DNA of 64,000 nt from Gammaproteobacteria bacterium. Its GTDB lineage: Bacteria > Pseudomonadota > Gammaproteobacteria > Natronospirales > REEB76. The notes beneath the pieces were generated by a model. It was not told the DNA's origin and did not search any database. It was given only the letters and a program-made list of their open reading frames with translations. The position numbers were made by a program, and so were the translations under genes. Positions 1 through 9,907 of this stretch are shown piece by piece; position 1 is the first letter of the stretch, and every line of letters starts with the position of its first letter. The stretch spans positions 19,336 through 83,335 of the forward strand of contig DAHUYB010000071.1 in the NCBI GenBank assembly GCA_027315405.1, in the 5' to 3' direction.

Positions 1-581
1 ACATCCAGCAGGGCAACACTTTTCTTGTTACCTTCACGCTGTCGGTACTGCTGGTGTATCTGCTGCTGGCGATGCAATTCGAGAGCTTCCGGGATCCGCT
101 CATTGTGATGGTGACCGTGCCCATGGCCATCTCCGGGGCGCTGCTGTTCATGTATTTCGGCGCCGCCACGCTCAATATCTACACCGAGGTGGGCATCGTC
201 GCGCTGATCGGGCTGATCACCAAGCAGGGCATCCTGATCGTGCAGTTCGCCAACGTGATCCAGGAAACCGAGGGGCTCGACCGGCACGCGGCCGTGCAGA
301 AGGCCTCCAGTATCCGCCTGCGGCCGATCCTCATGACCACCGGCGCCATGGTGTTCGGCGCCGTGCCGCTGATCCTGGCTACCGGTCCCGGCTCGGTGAG
401 CCGCTTCGACATGGGGCTGGTGATCGCCGCAGGCCTGGCCATCGGCGCGCTGTTCTCGCTGTACGTGGTGCCGGTGATTTACACCTACCTGGCGACGGTG
501 AAGGAGAAGCTGGTGCAGCCGGCGGCTGCAGCTGCAACTGACAATTTACCGGCACGCGTTCCTGGGGAGCAGCCCCGCTGA
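1..581 (+). CDS. RND (AcrB/MexB-type, HAE1) efflux permease, C-terminal fragment; 5' end lies outside the window
   Basis: Frame 3 is open from base 3. The translation LVYLLLAMQFESFRDPLIVMVTVPMAISGALL...GIVALIGLITKQGILIVQFAN...IRLRPILMTTGAMVFGAVPL matches the conserved last transmembrane segments of RND pumps. Confidence 0.9.
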   Translation, partial: IQQGNTFLVTFTLSVLLVYLLLAMQFESFRDPLIVMVTVPMAISGALLFMYFGAATLNIYTEVGIVALIGLITKQGILIVQFANVIQETEGLDRHAAVQKASSIRLRPILMTTGAMVFGAVPLILATGPGSVSRFDMGLVIAAGLAIGALFSLYVVPVIYTYLATVKEKLVQPAAAAATDNLPARVPGEQPR

Positions 582-609
582 ATCAGTATTGCTACGCAGG
601 CCGCACCGC

Positions 610-640
610 AAAAAAATCAGCCCCGCGTAAGCGGGGCTGA
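610..640 (-). terminator. Rho-independent terminator between convergent genes, strongest for the minus-strand gene
   Basis: Perfect 10-bp stem TCAGCCCCGC / GCGGGGCTGA with a GTAA loop. An A7 run on the plus strand gives a U-tract on the minus-strand transcript. Confidence 0.75.
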
Positions 641-661
641 TCGATCTCAGGGATGGCGCTA

Positions 662-1447
662 TCAGCGTCGCGTGTTGCCCAACAGCCGCAGGATTTCCAG
701 GTACAGCCAGACCAGGGTCACCATCAGGGCGAAGGCGCCATACCATTCCATGTAGCGTGGCGCACCGGCCGTGGCCTGCTTGGAGATCATGTCGAAATCC
801 AGGATCAGGTTGAAGGCGGCGATGGCCACGATGAACAGGCTGATGCCGATGGACAGGCCGCTATGACCGAAGAGCATGGAGGTGTCCACATGGAACATGC
901 CCACGAGCCAAGTGAGCGCGTAGAAAATCAGTACGCCGAAGGTGGCGGCTCCCACCATCTTATAGAACCAGGGCGTGGCCTTGATGACGCCAGTGCGGTA
1001 AAGAATCAGCATCCCCAGGGCCACTGCCAGGGTCAGCGCCACGGCCTGGACCACGATACCGGGGTATTGGGCATTGAAAATTGCGGAAATACCACCCACT
1101 GCGAAACCTTCGCAGATGGCATACAGCGGCGCCGTGATCGGCGCCCAAGTGGGCTTGAACGCCGTCCCCAGACCAAACACCAGGCCTCCGATGACGCCGC
1201 CGATTACATAGGGCATCACCGCCGCCATATTGAACACTGCCGGCGTGGTGGCGGTGGCGGGCACGTAACCTGCGAATGCCTGCGACCAGCACCAAGCGGC
1301 GGTGATCATCAGCAACACCAGCATGATCAGGCTCTTGCCGATGGTGCCGTTGAGCGTCATGCGCTCGCCGGTAATGACCCCCGGATTCAGGAAGGCCTTG
1401 GCCCGTAGAGCCGGATTACCGGTTTTCTGGGGAAGATTCATGGGCAT
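662..1447 (-). CDS. Bax inhibitor-1/YccA-like integral membrane protein
   Basis: 261-aa ORF with about 7 hydrophobic helices and a C-terminal charged tail (LEILRLLGNTRR), typical of the BI-1/YccA-like family. Family assignment is by eye. Confidence 0.7.
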   Translation of the reverse strand: MPMNLPQKTGNPALRAKAFLNPGVITGERMTLNGTIGKSLIMLVLLMITAAWCWSQAFAGYVPATATTPAVFNMAAVMPYVIGGVIGGLVFGLGTAFKPTWAPITAPLYAICEGFAVGGISAIFNAQYPGIVVQAVALTLAVALGMLILYRTGVIKATPWFYKMVGAATFGVLIFYALTWLVGMFHVDTSMLFGHSGLSIGISLFIVAIAAFNLILDFDMISKQATAGAPRYMEWYGAFALMVTLVWLYLEILRLLGNTRR

Positions 1448-1570
1448 GTTGATTTACCTTTAGTTCGCGGGCGCTTGAGTTTGAGCAACCGCCAACGCCG
1501 CTCTGGGGTCGGTCCAATGGCGATGCCGGGTTAAACTGTTAAGACACATTATATATGGGGATGTTCCTGC

Positions 1571-4279
1571 GTGACGCAACGCCTGTGGCATGAAAGCGAA
1601 ATTCTGACGGCGCTGGCGGCGGGCGCGACGGTGGTGGCGGCCAGCGAGCGGCTGGCCCGGGCCGTGCGCCTGGCCCAGGCGGAGGCGGCACGGGCGCGGG
1701 CTGCCGAGGTGTGGGAGCGTCCCGAAGTGCTCAGCTGGGGCGTGTTTCTCCAACGACAATTCTCATTATATGAAGAAACCCGGTTGCAACCCGGTCCCCG
1801 GCTGCTGGGCGCCCATCAGGCGGAAACCCTGTGGGAGACCCTGATCCACGCGGGCCACGACGGTTCCGCGCTGCTGCAACCGGCGGCCACGGCTAGTGCC
1901 GCCAACGCCGCCTGGGCTGTGTGTCAGGCCTATGGCATTTCCCTTATCGAGCTGACGCAGGCGGCGGCCGGTGACGATGCGCGCCAATTCGCGCAATGGG
2001 CACAGCATTTCGCACAACACTGCGAGACTCACGGCCTTCTGGATCCGGCGCGCTTGCCGGATTATCTGAGAACGCAGCTAATAGCTGAAAAGCTGACAGC
2101 CCCAAAACATTATCTGTTCGCCGGTTTCGAGGAATTCACGCCACAGCAGCAGCGGCTGTTGGCTGCGTTGCGTACGGCGGGCAGCGAGGTCGAGCAGCTG
2201 CCGGTGTCCGGCGAGTGCGCGAACAGCCGTCAACGCATTGCCTGTGGGGATGCGCAAGCGGAGATGCAGGCGGCCGCGCGCTGGGCACGGGCGCTGCTGG
2301 AGACGGCGCCCACCAGGCGCATCGGCATCGTTGCCCGGGACCTGACGGAACAGCGGCAGGCATTTGCCCGCACTCTCGATCAGGTTCTGTGCCCCGGCAG
2401 GCTGCCGAGTGATCCATCTCCGCGTCCCTACAACCTCTCCATCGGCCGGCCGCTCGCGGATTGCCCGGTGGTGAGCGATGCGCTGATCGTGCTGCAATCG
2501 TTGCAGCGGCACTTGCCGTTTGCACAGGCGAGCCGCCTGCTGCGTTCGCCATTTATCGCGGCCGGTGACAGTGAATCGCCGGCGCGTGCACGCCTCGAAG
2601 TCAGCCTCCGCGACGCCAATCTCGAAGAGGTGGGCCTGGGACGGTTGCTGATGCTGGTGGAGCAAGGTGGTGAGACCCAGGCATTGAAATCGGCGCTGGA
2701 GGCGGTCTTGCAACTGCTGCGCGCCACCCCGGCGCGGCAACTACCCAGCGCCTGGTCGAAGTCTTTTGCTGCGTTACTCAAGGCATTCCGCTGGCCGGGA
2801 GAACGCACCCCCGATGCCGGCGAGTACCAGGCGGTACAGAGCTTGCGTGAAGTGTTGGGGGATTTCGCTCGACTGGATGCGGTGTTGCAACCCATCCAGG
2901 CGGAGGACGCGCTCACGCGTTTCACGCGGCTGGTCTCGCAGCGCGAATTCCAGCCGGCCAGTGCGGATGTGGCGTTGCAGGTGCTCGGCATTCCGGAAAC
3001 CGCCGGTCTGCAGTTCGACCACCTGTGGATCATGGGTCTGACCGACGATGTGTGGCCACCGAGTCCGCGTCCCGATCCTTTCATCCCCTGGGCGATCCAG
3101 CAGCGTCACCAGCTGCCGCATGCCAGCGCCGCACGCGAGCTGGAGTATGCCGTCCAGGTTACGGGCCGTCTTCTGAACAGCGCTTCCGATGTGGTGGTGA
3201 GCACACCACAGCGTAATGCGGATACGGAATTGCGCTGCAGTCCGCTGCTGGCGGATATCGAACTGACAGTGCCAGCGCATCTGCTGCAAAGTCCGGCGCA
3301 GTACTGGCATGAGCGCCTGCAGAAAGAGGCTGCCGCGGCTCTTACGGAATTCACGGATGAACAGGGGCCGCCGCTGGCGGAGGCCGGTATCGTCGCGGGC
3401 GGCACCCAGGTGCTACAGGCGCAGGCGGCCTGTCCGTTCCAGTGCTTCGCACTATATAGGTTGGGCGCGCAGCCACTGGCGAGGCCGTCGCCCGGGCTCA
3501 GCCCGATGGCGCGTGGCTCACTGTTGCACGAAGTCCTGGCGCGTTTGTGGGAGCGACTCAGGGATCACGCTACTCTCACGGGCTTGGCGACTGGCGAGCG
3601 TGTGCAGCAGGTCGAAGACTGCGTCACCCAGGTGGTGAACCAGTTTGCATCGCGCAATCCCGATGTCTGCACACCGCATTTCAAGCGGCTGGAACAGCAG
3701 CGTCTCACGAGATTGATCGCAGCGTGGCTTGAAATCGAAGCAATGCGCGCCCCGTTCAGTGTCGAGAAGCCTGAGCAGGAGCGGAGCGTGACGCTAGGCC
3801 GTCTCAGGCTCAATACCCGGGTGGACCGCGTTGACCGGCTGCCGGACGGCGCGCACGTGGTCATCGACTACAAAAGCGGTGAAGCCGACCCGCGCGACTG
3901 GCTGGGTGTACGGCCGGATGAACCGCAGCTGCCGATCTATGCGGTGTCGGATCCGCAACCGCCGACGGCGGTGTTGTTCGCACAGCTGCGCGCCGGCGAT
4001 CTGCGTTATCGCGGAGTTGCCGAACAGGGCGGGCTGGTGCCGGAGATCGGAGACTATGGCTCTGCGCGCAAAAAACCGGATGACCCGCAAGATTGGCCCG
4101 CACTGCTGGCGCACTGGCAAGTCGCGGTGACAGCGCTGGCGGAAGAATTCGTGCAGGGGGTCGCACGCGTGGCTCCGAAACGCGGCGCCGATACCTGCCG
4201 CTACTGCCATCTGCAAGCACTGTGTCGAATCTATGAGCGCGATGCTTTGAGCAGGGAGGGCGATGATGCGCAAGGGTGA
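1571..4279 (+). CDS. addB: AddB-like PD-(D/E)XK nuclease subunit of a two-subunit helicase-nuclease
   Basis: 902-aa ORF with a GTG start. The C-terminal nuclease-like block VVIDYKSG is followed by the Cys cluster CRYCHLQALC, with an upstream CPFQC (Fe-S staple pattern of AddB). It overlaps the downstream UvrD-like gene by 17 nt. Confidence 0.75.
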   Translation: MTQRLWHESEILTALAAGATVVAASERLARAVRLAQAEAARARAAEVWERPEVLSWGVFLQRQFSLYEETRLQPGPRLLGAHQAETLWETLIHAGHDGSALLQPAATASAANAAWAVCQAYGISLIELTQAAAGDDARQFAQWAQHFAQHCETHGLLDPARLPDYLRTQLIAEKLTAPKHYLFAGFEEFTPQQQRLLAALRTAGSEVEQLPVSGECANSRQRIACGDAQAEMQAAARWARALLETAPTRRIGIVARDLTEQRQAFARTLDQVLCPGRLPSDPSPRPYNLSIGRPLADCPVVSDALIVLQSLQRHLPFAQASRLLRSPFIAAGDSESPARARLEVSLRDANLEEVGLGRLLMLVEQGGETQALKSALEAVLQLLRATPARQLPSAWSKSFAALLKAFRWPGERTPDAGEYQAVQSLREVLGDFARLDAVLQPIQAEDALTRFTRLVSQREFQPASADVALQVLGIPETAGLQFDHLWIMGLTDDVWPPSPRPDPFIPWAIQQRHQLPHASAARELEYAVQVTGRLLNSASDVVVSTPQRNADTELRCSPLLADIELTVPAHLLQSPAQYWHERLQKEAAAALTEFTDEQGPPLAEAGIVAGGTQVLQAQAACPFQCFALYRLGAQPLARPSPGLSPMARGSLLHEVLARLWERLRDHATLTGLATGERVQQVEDCVTQVVNQFASRNPDVCTPHFKRLEQQRLTRLIAAWLEIEAMRAPFSVEKPEQERSVTLGRLRLNTRVDRVDRLPDGAHVVIDYKSGEADPRDWLGVRPDEPQLPIYAVSDPQPPTAVLFAQLRAGDLRYRGVAEQGGLVPEIGDYGSARKKPDDPQDWPALLAHWQVAVTALAEEFVQGVARVAPKRGADTCRYCHLQALCRIYERDALSREGDDAQG

Positions 4280-7200
4280 TCATCCGCCGGTGGATGCCGC
4301 TGTGCGCGCCCACGCCCTGGATCCGCGCCAGTCGTTCATCGTGCAGGCGCCGGCCGGCTCCGGCAAGACCGAACTCCTGACCCAGCGTTTCCTGACACTG
4401 CTGGCGGTGGTGGATGAACCGGAAGAGATCCTGGCCATCACTTTCACCAAGAAAGCCGCCGGCGAGATGCGCATGCGCGTGGCGCGCGCGCTGGAACTGG
4501 ATGATGCCCAGGCGCCGGCGGAAGCGCACAAACGGCATACCTGGGAACTGGCGCAACGCGCGCGTGCCCGCGACCGGCTGCGCGGCTGGAACATCGCACG
4601 CCATCCGGCGCGTCTGCGTATCCAGACCATTGATTCCCTGAATGCCGAGCTCACCCGGCGCATGCCGTTGCTGTCGAAGTTCGGCACACAACCGGGGATC
4701 GCCGAACGTCCTGAACCGCTGTATCTGGAAGCCGCGCGCCGCACGCTCGCCCTGCTGGAAGACGGTGAGCCGCAGCAGACCCAGGCCGTGAGCGCCTTGC
4801 TGGTGCATCTGGACAACAGCTTGCCGCGGGTGATGCAGCTGATTGCCGACATGCTGCCGCGCCGCGACCAGTGGTTGCAGCATACGCTTGTGCAGTCCGG
4901 TGGCTTGAGACGCAAGCAGCTGGAACTCGCGCTGCAGGAAGAAGTGCGGGTGGCGCTGGCGCAGTTGCTGTATGCCATACCCGCCGATTGCCGTGAACAT
5001 CTGGCGGAGCTGGCGAGCAAGGCCGCCGCAAGCTTGCGCCTTCAATCCGCCACATCGGAGATCATCGCGTGTGCGGACCTTAAAACCCTGCCCAGCACAA
5101 ACCCGGAGGATTTGCCGGCCTGGCGCGGCATCGCCGAACTCTTTCTCACCGACCGCGATGAGTGGCGCCGGCAGATCAATGCCAGGCAGGGCTTCCCGCC
5201 GGAGAGCCGTAATGACAAGACCCGCGTACAGGAACTGCTGAGACGTTTCACTGAACTGGAGCCCCTGCGTGACTCGCTCGAACGTGCGCGCACATTGCCA
5301 CAACCGCGTTACCCGGAGAACCAATGGCAGGTGCTGGATGCGTTGTTGAGTCTGCTGCCGCTGGCGGTAGCTCAGTTGCAACTGGTGTTCATGGAACACG
5401 GCGAAGTGGATTACGCCGAGGTATCCCTGCGTGCCTTGCAGGCACTGGGCAGCGAGGATGATCCCACGGACCTGAATCTGACCCTGGATCACCGCCTGCA
5501 GCATATCCTGGTGGACGAGTTCCAGGACACCTCGGTGAATCAAACCGATCTCCTGACACGGCTCAGCGCCGGCTGGCAGGCCGATGATGGCCGTACCCTG
5601 TTTCTGGTGGGCGACCCCATGCAGTCCATCTACCGTTTCCGGGAGGCGGAAGTGGGCCTGTTCCTGCGGGCAAGGCAGGCGGGCCTGGGTCAGATAGCGC
5701 TCACGCCCCTGACCCTGAGCGCGAATTTCCGTTCCCAGGCGGGATTGGTGCGCTGGTTCAATGACACCTTTGAGCAACTATTCCCGCATCAGGATGACAT
5801 CGCCAGCGGTGCCGTGTCCTATGCCGGGGCAAGCGCACAATACCTGGCGATGGAGGGTGCGGCGGTCAGCCTGCACACGCTGCTGCAGCGCGATCCCATC
5901 ACCGAAGCGGTGCAGGTGACGGCCGTTATCACGGCAGCACGGGCAGAACGTCCGGATATGCGCATCGCGGTGCTGGCCCGTGCCAAAGCCCATCTTGCGT
6001 TCATCATTCGCCGTTTACGGACACTGGACATTCCCTTCCGCGCGGTCGAACTGGAGAAACTGGGCGACCGGCCGGTGGTGCAGGATCTGCTGGCCCTGAC
6101 CCGGGCGCTGCGGCATCCGGCGGACCGGACTGCGTGGCTCGCGAGTTTGCGTGCGCCTTGGTGCGGGCTCAGCCTGTCGGCGCTGCACGCGCTGGCGGGC
6201 CGCGATGAGGCCATGACGATTCCGGAACGGTTGCGTGATGAAGGTCTCATGGCCAGTCTCCAGCCGCAGGTGGACGGGACGCGTTTCGAATCGGTACGTG
6301 GGATCCTGCTGGAGGCGCTTGCCGACCGCCGGCGCGGCAGCCTGCGGGCACAGGTGGAGGGCGTATGGCTGCAACTGGCGGCGCCCGCCACGCTGAAGTC
6401 GGTCGAAGATCTGGCGGACGCCGAGGCCTACCTGGAGTTGCTGGAAACATTGGATGACGGCGGCGAACTGCAGGATGAGGCGGAATTGGAAACTGCCCTC
6501 ACGGATTTGTTCGCGCGCCCGGACCCACGCGCGGATGAGTCGCTGCAGCTCATGACCATCCATAAGGCCAAGGGATTGGAGTTCGACATGGTGATGGTGC
6601 CCGCTCTGGGTGCCGGGCCGGGGAGGCGCGATAAGCCGTTGCTCACCTGGCTGGAACGTCCGCGGTCCACCGGCCGCAATGACCTGCTGCTGGCGCCGCT
6701 GGAACCCAAGGGCGGCGAGCAAGACCCCATTTACCAGTTCATCCTCTCCCTCAAGCGCGGGCAGGAGCATCTGGAGATGACGCGCCTGCTGTATGTGGCG
6801 GCTACCCGGGCGCGGGAAAAGCTGCATCTGTTCGGTCACACCACGGTGCGGGAAAAGGACGGCGAACGCAGTCTGGCGGAGCCGCGTGCCGAATCGCTGC
6901 TGGGAATGCTGTGGCCGGTGGTCAGGAATGATTTCGAAGCCGCCCTGCACCGGCAGGACGTTGCGGTACCGGTACAAGACACGCAAAACACCGTAAGCGT
7001 GCCGCTGCGACGTCTGCGCCTGGACTGGCAGATACCTGCGCCGGATGGCTCCATTATTTGGCCGGTGGCTGCTGAAACCCTGGCGGCTGAAGAGCGGGAA
7101 CTCCTGGAATTCGAGTGGGTCGGGGATACCTTGCGACATGTGGGTAGCGTAGTTCACCGCCTGTTGCAGCGCATCGCCGCGGATGATGCAGCCCATTGGG

Positions 7201-7658
7201 ATGAGCCACGCGTGCGCGCATTGATGCCGCTGATCACACATTGGTTGTTGGAATTGGGCGTCGCGGAAATGGAACTGGAGGCTGCTGCGGTTGATGTGTC
7301 GCAGGCTTTGACTGCGACCCTCGCGGATACCCGAGGTCAATGGATATTGGACCCGCGGCATGCGCAGGCGCGCTCAGAATATGCGCTGAGCCATTTTGAC
7401 GGACAGCGCCTGGCCACGGGTGTCATTGACCGCACCTTCGTTGACGAGGACGGCACCCGCTGGATCGTGGATTACAAGACCAGCCGCCATCGCGGCGGCG
7501 ATGTCGAGGCGTTTCTGGTGCGGGAGCAGACGCGCTACCGCAAGCAACTGGATGGTTACGCCAAGCTGATACGCGGCCTGGAACAGCGGCGTGTTAAAGT
7601 GGGATTGTACTTCCCGCTGTTGCGGCGCTTCGTGGAATGGGAACCCGCCGATGGCTGA
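4263..7658 (+). CDS. addA: AddA-like UvrD/Rep-family helicase with C-terminal PD-(D/E)XK nuclease
   Basis: Walker A motif APAGSGKTE, helicase motifs (VDEFQDTS, MTIHKAKGLEFD, YVAATRAR) and a C-terminal nuclease motif IDRTFVDEDGTRWIVDYKTS. Confidence 0.85.
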   Translation: MMRKGDHPPVDAAVRAHALDPRQSFIVQAPAGSGKTELLTQRFLTLLAVVDEPEEILAITFTKKAAGEMRMRVARALELDDAQAPAEAHKRHTWELAQRARARDRLRGWNIARHPARLRIQTIDSLNAELTRRMPLLSKFGTQPGIAERPEPLYLEAARRTLALLEDGEPQQTQAVSALLVHLDNSLPRVMQLIADMLPRRDQWLQHTLVQSGGLRRKQLELALQEEVRVALAQLLYAIPADCREHLAELASKAAASLRLQSATSEIIACADLKTLPSTNPEDLPAWRGIAELFLTDRDEWRRQINARQGFPPESRNDKTRVQELLRRFTELEPLRDSLERARTLPQPRYPENQWQVLDALLSLLPLAVAQLQLVFMEHGEVDYAEVSLRALQALGSEDDPTDLNLTLDHRLQHILVDEFQDTSVNQTDLLTRLSAGWQADDGRTLFLVGDPMQSIYRFREAEVGLFLRARQAGLGQIALTPLTLSANFRSQAGLVRWFNDTFEQLFPHQDDIASGAVSYAGASAQYLAMEGAAVSLHTLLQRDPITEAVQVTAVITAARAERPDMRIAVLARAKAHLAFIIRRLRTLDIPFRAVELEKLGDRPVVQDLLALTRALRHPADRTAWLASLRAPWCGLSLSALHALAGRDEAMTIPERLRDEGLMASLQPQVDGTRFESVRGILLEALADRRRGSLRAQVEGVWLQLAAPATLKSVEDLADAEAYLELLETLDDGGELQDEAELETALTDLFARPDPRADESLQLMTIHKAKGLEFDMVMVPALGAGPGRRDKPLLTWLERPRSTGRNDLLLAPLEPKGGEQDPIYQFILSLKRGQEHLEMTRLLYVAATRAREKLHLFGHTTVREKDGERSLAEPRAESLLGMLWPVVRNDFEAALHRQDVAVPVQDTQNTVSVPLRRLRLDWQIPAPDGSIIWPVAAETLAAEERELLEFEWVGDTLRHVGSVVHRLLQRIAADDAAHWDEPRVRALMPLITHWLLELGVAEMELEAAAVDVSQALTATLADTRGQWILDPRHAQARSEYALSHFDGQRLATGVIDRTFVDEDGTRWIVDYKTSRHRGGDVEAFLVREQTRYRKQLDGYAKLIRGLEQRRVKVGLYFPLLRRFVEWEPADG

Positions 7659-8556
7659 GAGCCTCGCGCATTGTCTGGTGGTGGCGATTTCCTCGCGGGC
7701 GCTGTTTAGTCTCGAGGAAAGCCACCGTGTGTTCACCGGGCAGGGGCTCGAAGCCTATTCGCGCTATCAGATCGAGCACGAAGACGACTTGCTGGAACCG
7801 GGAGTGGCGTTTCCATTGGTGAACAAACTTCTGCGGCTCAACAGCTCCGATCGGGGAAAGCGGGTGGAGGTGATCCTGTTGTCGCACAACAGCGCCGATA
7901 CGGGTCTGCGTATCTTCAATTCCATCCAGCATTACCAGCTCGATATCACGCGCGCCGCCTTCACCAACGGCGCGGCGCCGTGGCGCTACGTGGAACCCTT
8001 CAGCGCCGACTTGTTCCTGTCGGCGGAACCCAAGGACGTGGTGGCGGCGCTGGATGCGGGCCGGGCGGCAGCCGCCATCGTGCCGTCACGCGCCGAAACC
8101 GCCGCGTCCGGGCAATTGCGCATCGCTTTCGATGGGGATGCCGTGCTGTTTTCCGACGAGGCCGAACGCGTGTATCAGGAACAGGGATTGGCGGCCTTTG
8201 CGAAGAGCGAGAAAGCCCAGGCGCGGGCGCCGCTGAGCGGCGGGCCGTTCAAGAATTTCCTGGCGGCGCTGCAGCGCATCCAGGCGGACTATCCCCTGGA
8301 CCCATCGCCCATCCGCACCGCGCTGGTGACGGCGCGTTCCGCGCCCGCCCACGAGCGCGTGATCCGCACCCTGCGGGCCTGGAACATCCGCATTGACGAG
8401 GCCCTGTTTCTCGGCGGCCTGCCCAAGGGCGCGTTCCTGAAAACCTTCGGCGCGGACATCTTTTTCGATGACCAGAAAGGCCATGTGGAAGCCGCCGCCG
8501 GTTACGTGACCACCGGCCATGTGCCCCACGGCGTCACCAATCCTCAAGGCAAGTAA
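7651..8556 (+). CDS. 5'-nucleotidase family protein (bacterial cN-IA-like, PF06189-type by recollection)
   Basis: Start chosen at ATG 7651, which overlaps the addA stop (ATGGCTGA). Sequence VAISSRALFSLEESHRVF...YQIEHEDDLLEPGVAFPLV...VEVILLSHNSADTGLRIFNSIQHYQLDITRAAF resembles this family. Confidence 0.7.
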   Translation: MAESLAHCLVVAISSRALFSLEESHRVFTGQGLEAYSRYQIEHEDDLLEPGVAFPLVNKLLRLNSSDRGKRVEVILLSHNSADTGLRIFNSIQHYQLDITRAAFTNGAAPWRYVEPFSADLFLSAEPKDVVAALDAGRAAAAIVPSRAETAASGQLRIAFDGDAVLFSDEAERVYQEQGLAAFAKSEKAQARAPLSGGPFKNFLAALQRIQADYPLDPSPIRTALVTARSAPAHERVIRTLRAWNIRIDEALFLGGLPKGAFLKTFGADIFFDDQKGHVEAAAGYVTTGHVPHGVTNPQGK

Positions 8557-8570
8557 CAGCGGCTCGCTCC

Positions 8571-9611
8571 ATGAACGAACGTGACAGCTGGCATGAAGAG
8601 AAACAATCCGAGTTTCTGTACCGGGTGATCTCGGAATGCGAACCCACGCCGGAGTTGCGCACCCTGTTCATGAAACTGGCTGCCGCCGCCGAGAGCCAGT
8701 CGCATCACTGGAAGAAATTGGCGGAAGACAAGGGCGAGAAGCTGCCGGCGCAGTTTCGCCCGGCGTTGCGCGCGCGTCTGGTGGCGCGGCTGGTGAAGTG
8801 GCTGGGGCCCCAACGGTTACTGCCGATGCTGGCGGCCATGAAGGTGCGCGGGCTGTCGGTGTATACACGCACCCTGACCGCAGGCCACGACGCACCGGTG
8901 GCCGGCCGTCCCGAATCCCGTCACCGACGGCTCGCGGGCGGCGGCAGTTTCCGTGCCTCGGTGTTCGGCGTGAACGACGGACTGGTATCGAATGCCAGCT
9001 TGATGTTGGGCGTGGCGGGCGCCGCGTTTGACAGTCACGTGATCCTGCTGACCGGTATTGCCGGGTTGCTGGCGGGCGCGGCCTCCATGGCGGCCGGCGA
9101 ATACGTGTCCATGCGCTCGCAGCGGGAAATGTTTGAATACCAAATCGGTTTGGAGCGCGACGAACTGGCCGCCTATCCGGAGGAGGAGGCCGAGGAGCTC
9201 GCGCTTATATATGAGGCGCGCGGCGTGGCGCCCGGCGAAGCGCGCCAGCTGGCGGACACGCTCACCCGCGATCCGGCACGCGCCCTGGACACGCTGGCGC
9301 GGGAGGAACTGGGCCTGAATCCGCGGGACCTGGGTTCCGCCTGGGGCGCGGCCATTGCCTCATTCGTCGCATTTGCACTGGGCGCGCTGATTCCCCTGAT
9401 CCCGTTCTTCTGGCCACGCCCGCAGCACGGGCTGTACTGGTCCATCGGCCTCACCACCGTGGCGCTGTTCGCCACCGGCGCCACCGTCAGCCTGTTCACC
9501 GGCCGCGGATTCTTGTGGAGCGCTCTGCGCATGGTGATGATCGGCGTCGTTGCCGCCGGCGTTACATATTTTGTGGGCCACCTGCTTGGTGTGGCCTTGA
9601 GTTCGGCGTGA
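8571..9611 (+). CDS. VIT1/CCC1-family iron/manganese transporter with N-terminal ferritin/rubrerythrin-like domain
   Basis: The C-terminal half (FRASVFGVNDGLVSNASLMLGVAGA...GEYVSM...) is followed by hydrophobic helices. The N-terminal about 90 aa are helical and soluble. Confidence 0.75.
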   Translation: MNERDSWHEEKQSEFLYRVISECEPTPELRTLFMKLAAAAESQSHHWKKLAEDKGEKLPAQFRPALRARLVARLVKWLGPQRLLPMLAAMKVRGLSVYTRTLTAGHDAPVAGRPESRHRRLAGGGSFRASVFGVNDGLVSNASLMLGVAGAAFDSHVILLTGIAGLLAGAASMAAGEYVSMRSQREMFEYQIGLERDELAAYPEEEAEELALIYEARGVAPGEARQLADTLTRDPARALDTLAREELGLNPRDLGSAWGAAIASFVAFALGALIPLIPFFWPRPQHGLYWSIGLTTVALFATGATVSLFTGRGFLWSALRMVMIGVVAAGVTYFVGHLLGVALSSA

Positions 9612-9907
9612 ATGCGCGCCTCACTCGAAAATACGCTATATCGCTGTAAAAAATAATTAATGCTTCCTGTGCGGTCAGTTGCTTAAATTCGGACTCATCT
9701 TCCGGATGCTCATCTTCGGGTGCCCGCCATTCGTGCCTTGGCGGGTATTGGCATGGCTTATGCTTTCACCAAAGTGGTAACCGCGCCTGACTAGCACTGT
9801 CTTTACTTCCCCTGTAAACAGAGTAGCGTTTTCCAAGCAAAAACAAGGGCCGGCACAGCAAAGCTTGGAAACTGTGCTGTAGGCAGAGCTGAATACTTGG
9901 GGGCTCT

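Noticed and set aside
3861-5777. Very long antisense ORFs in the six-frame track. Examples: 3861-5777(-), 6015-7361(-), 26081-27277(+), 28550-30091(-), 30524-31870(+), 40958-42007(-), 43459-44382(-), 44497-45420(-), 47511-48551(-), 50373-51692(-), 52251-53162(-), 653-1408(+) and 21070-21780(-).
   Set aside because: All lie opposite genes with unmistakable family signatures. Their products are Arg/Gly/His/Pro-rich and low in complexity, as expected for shadow ORFs in high-GC DNA.
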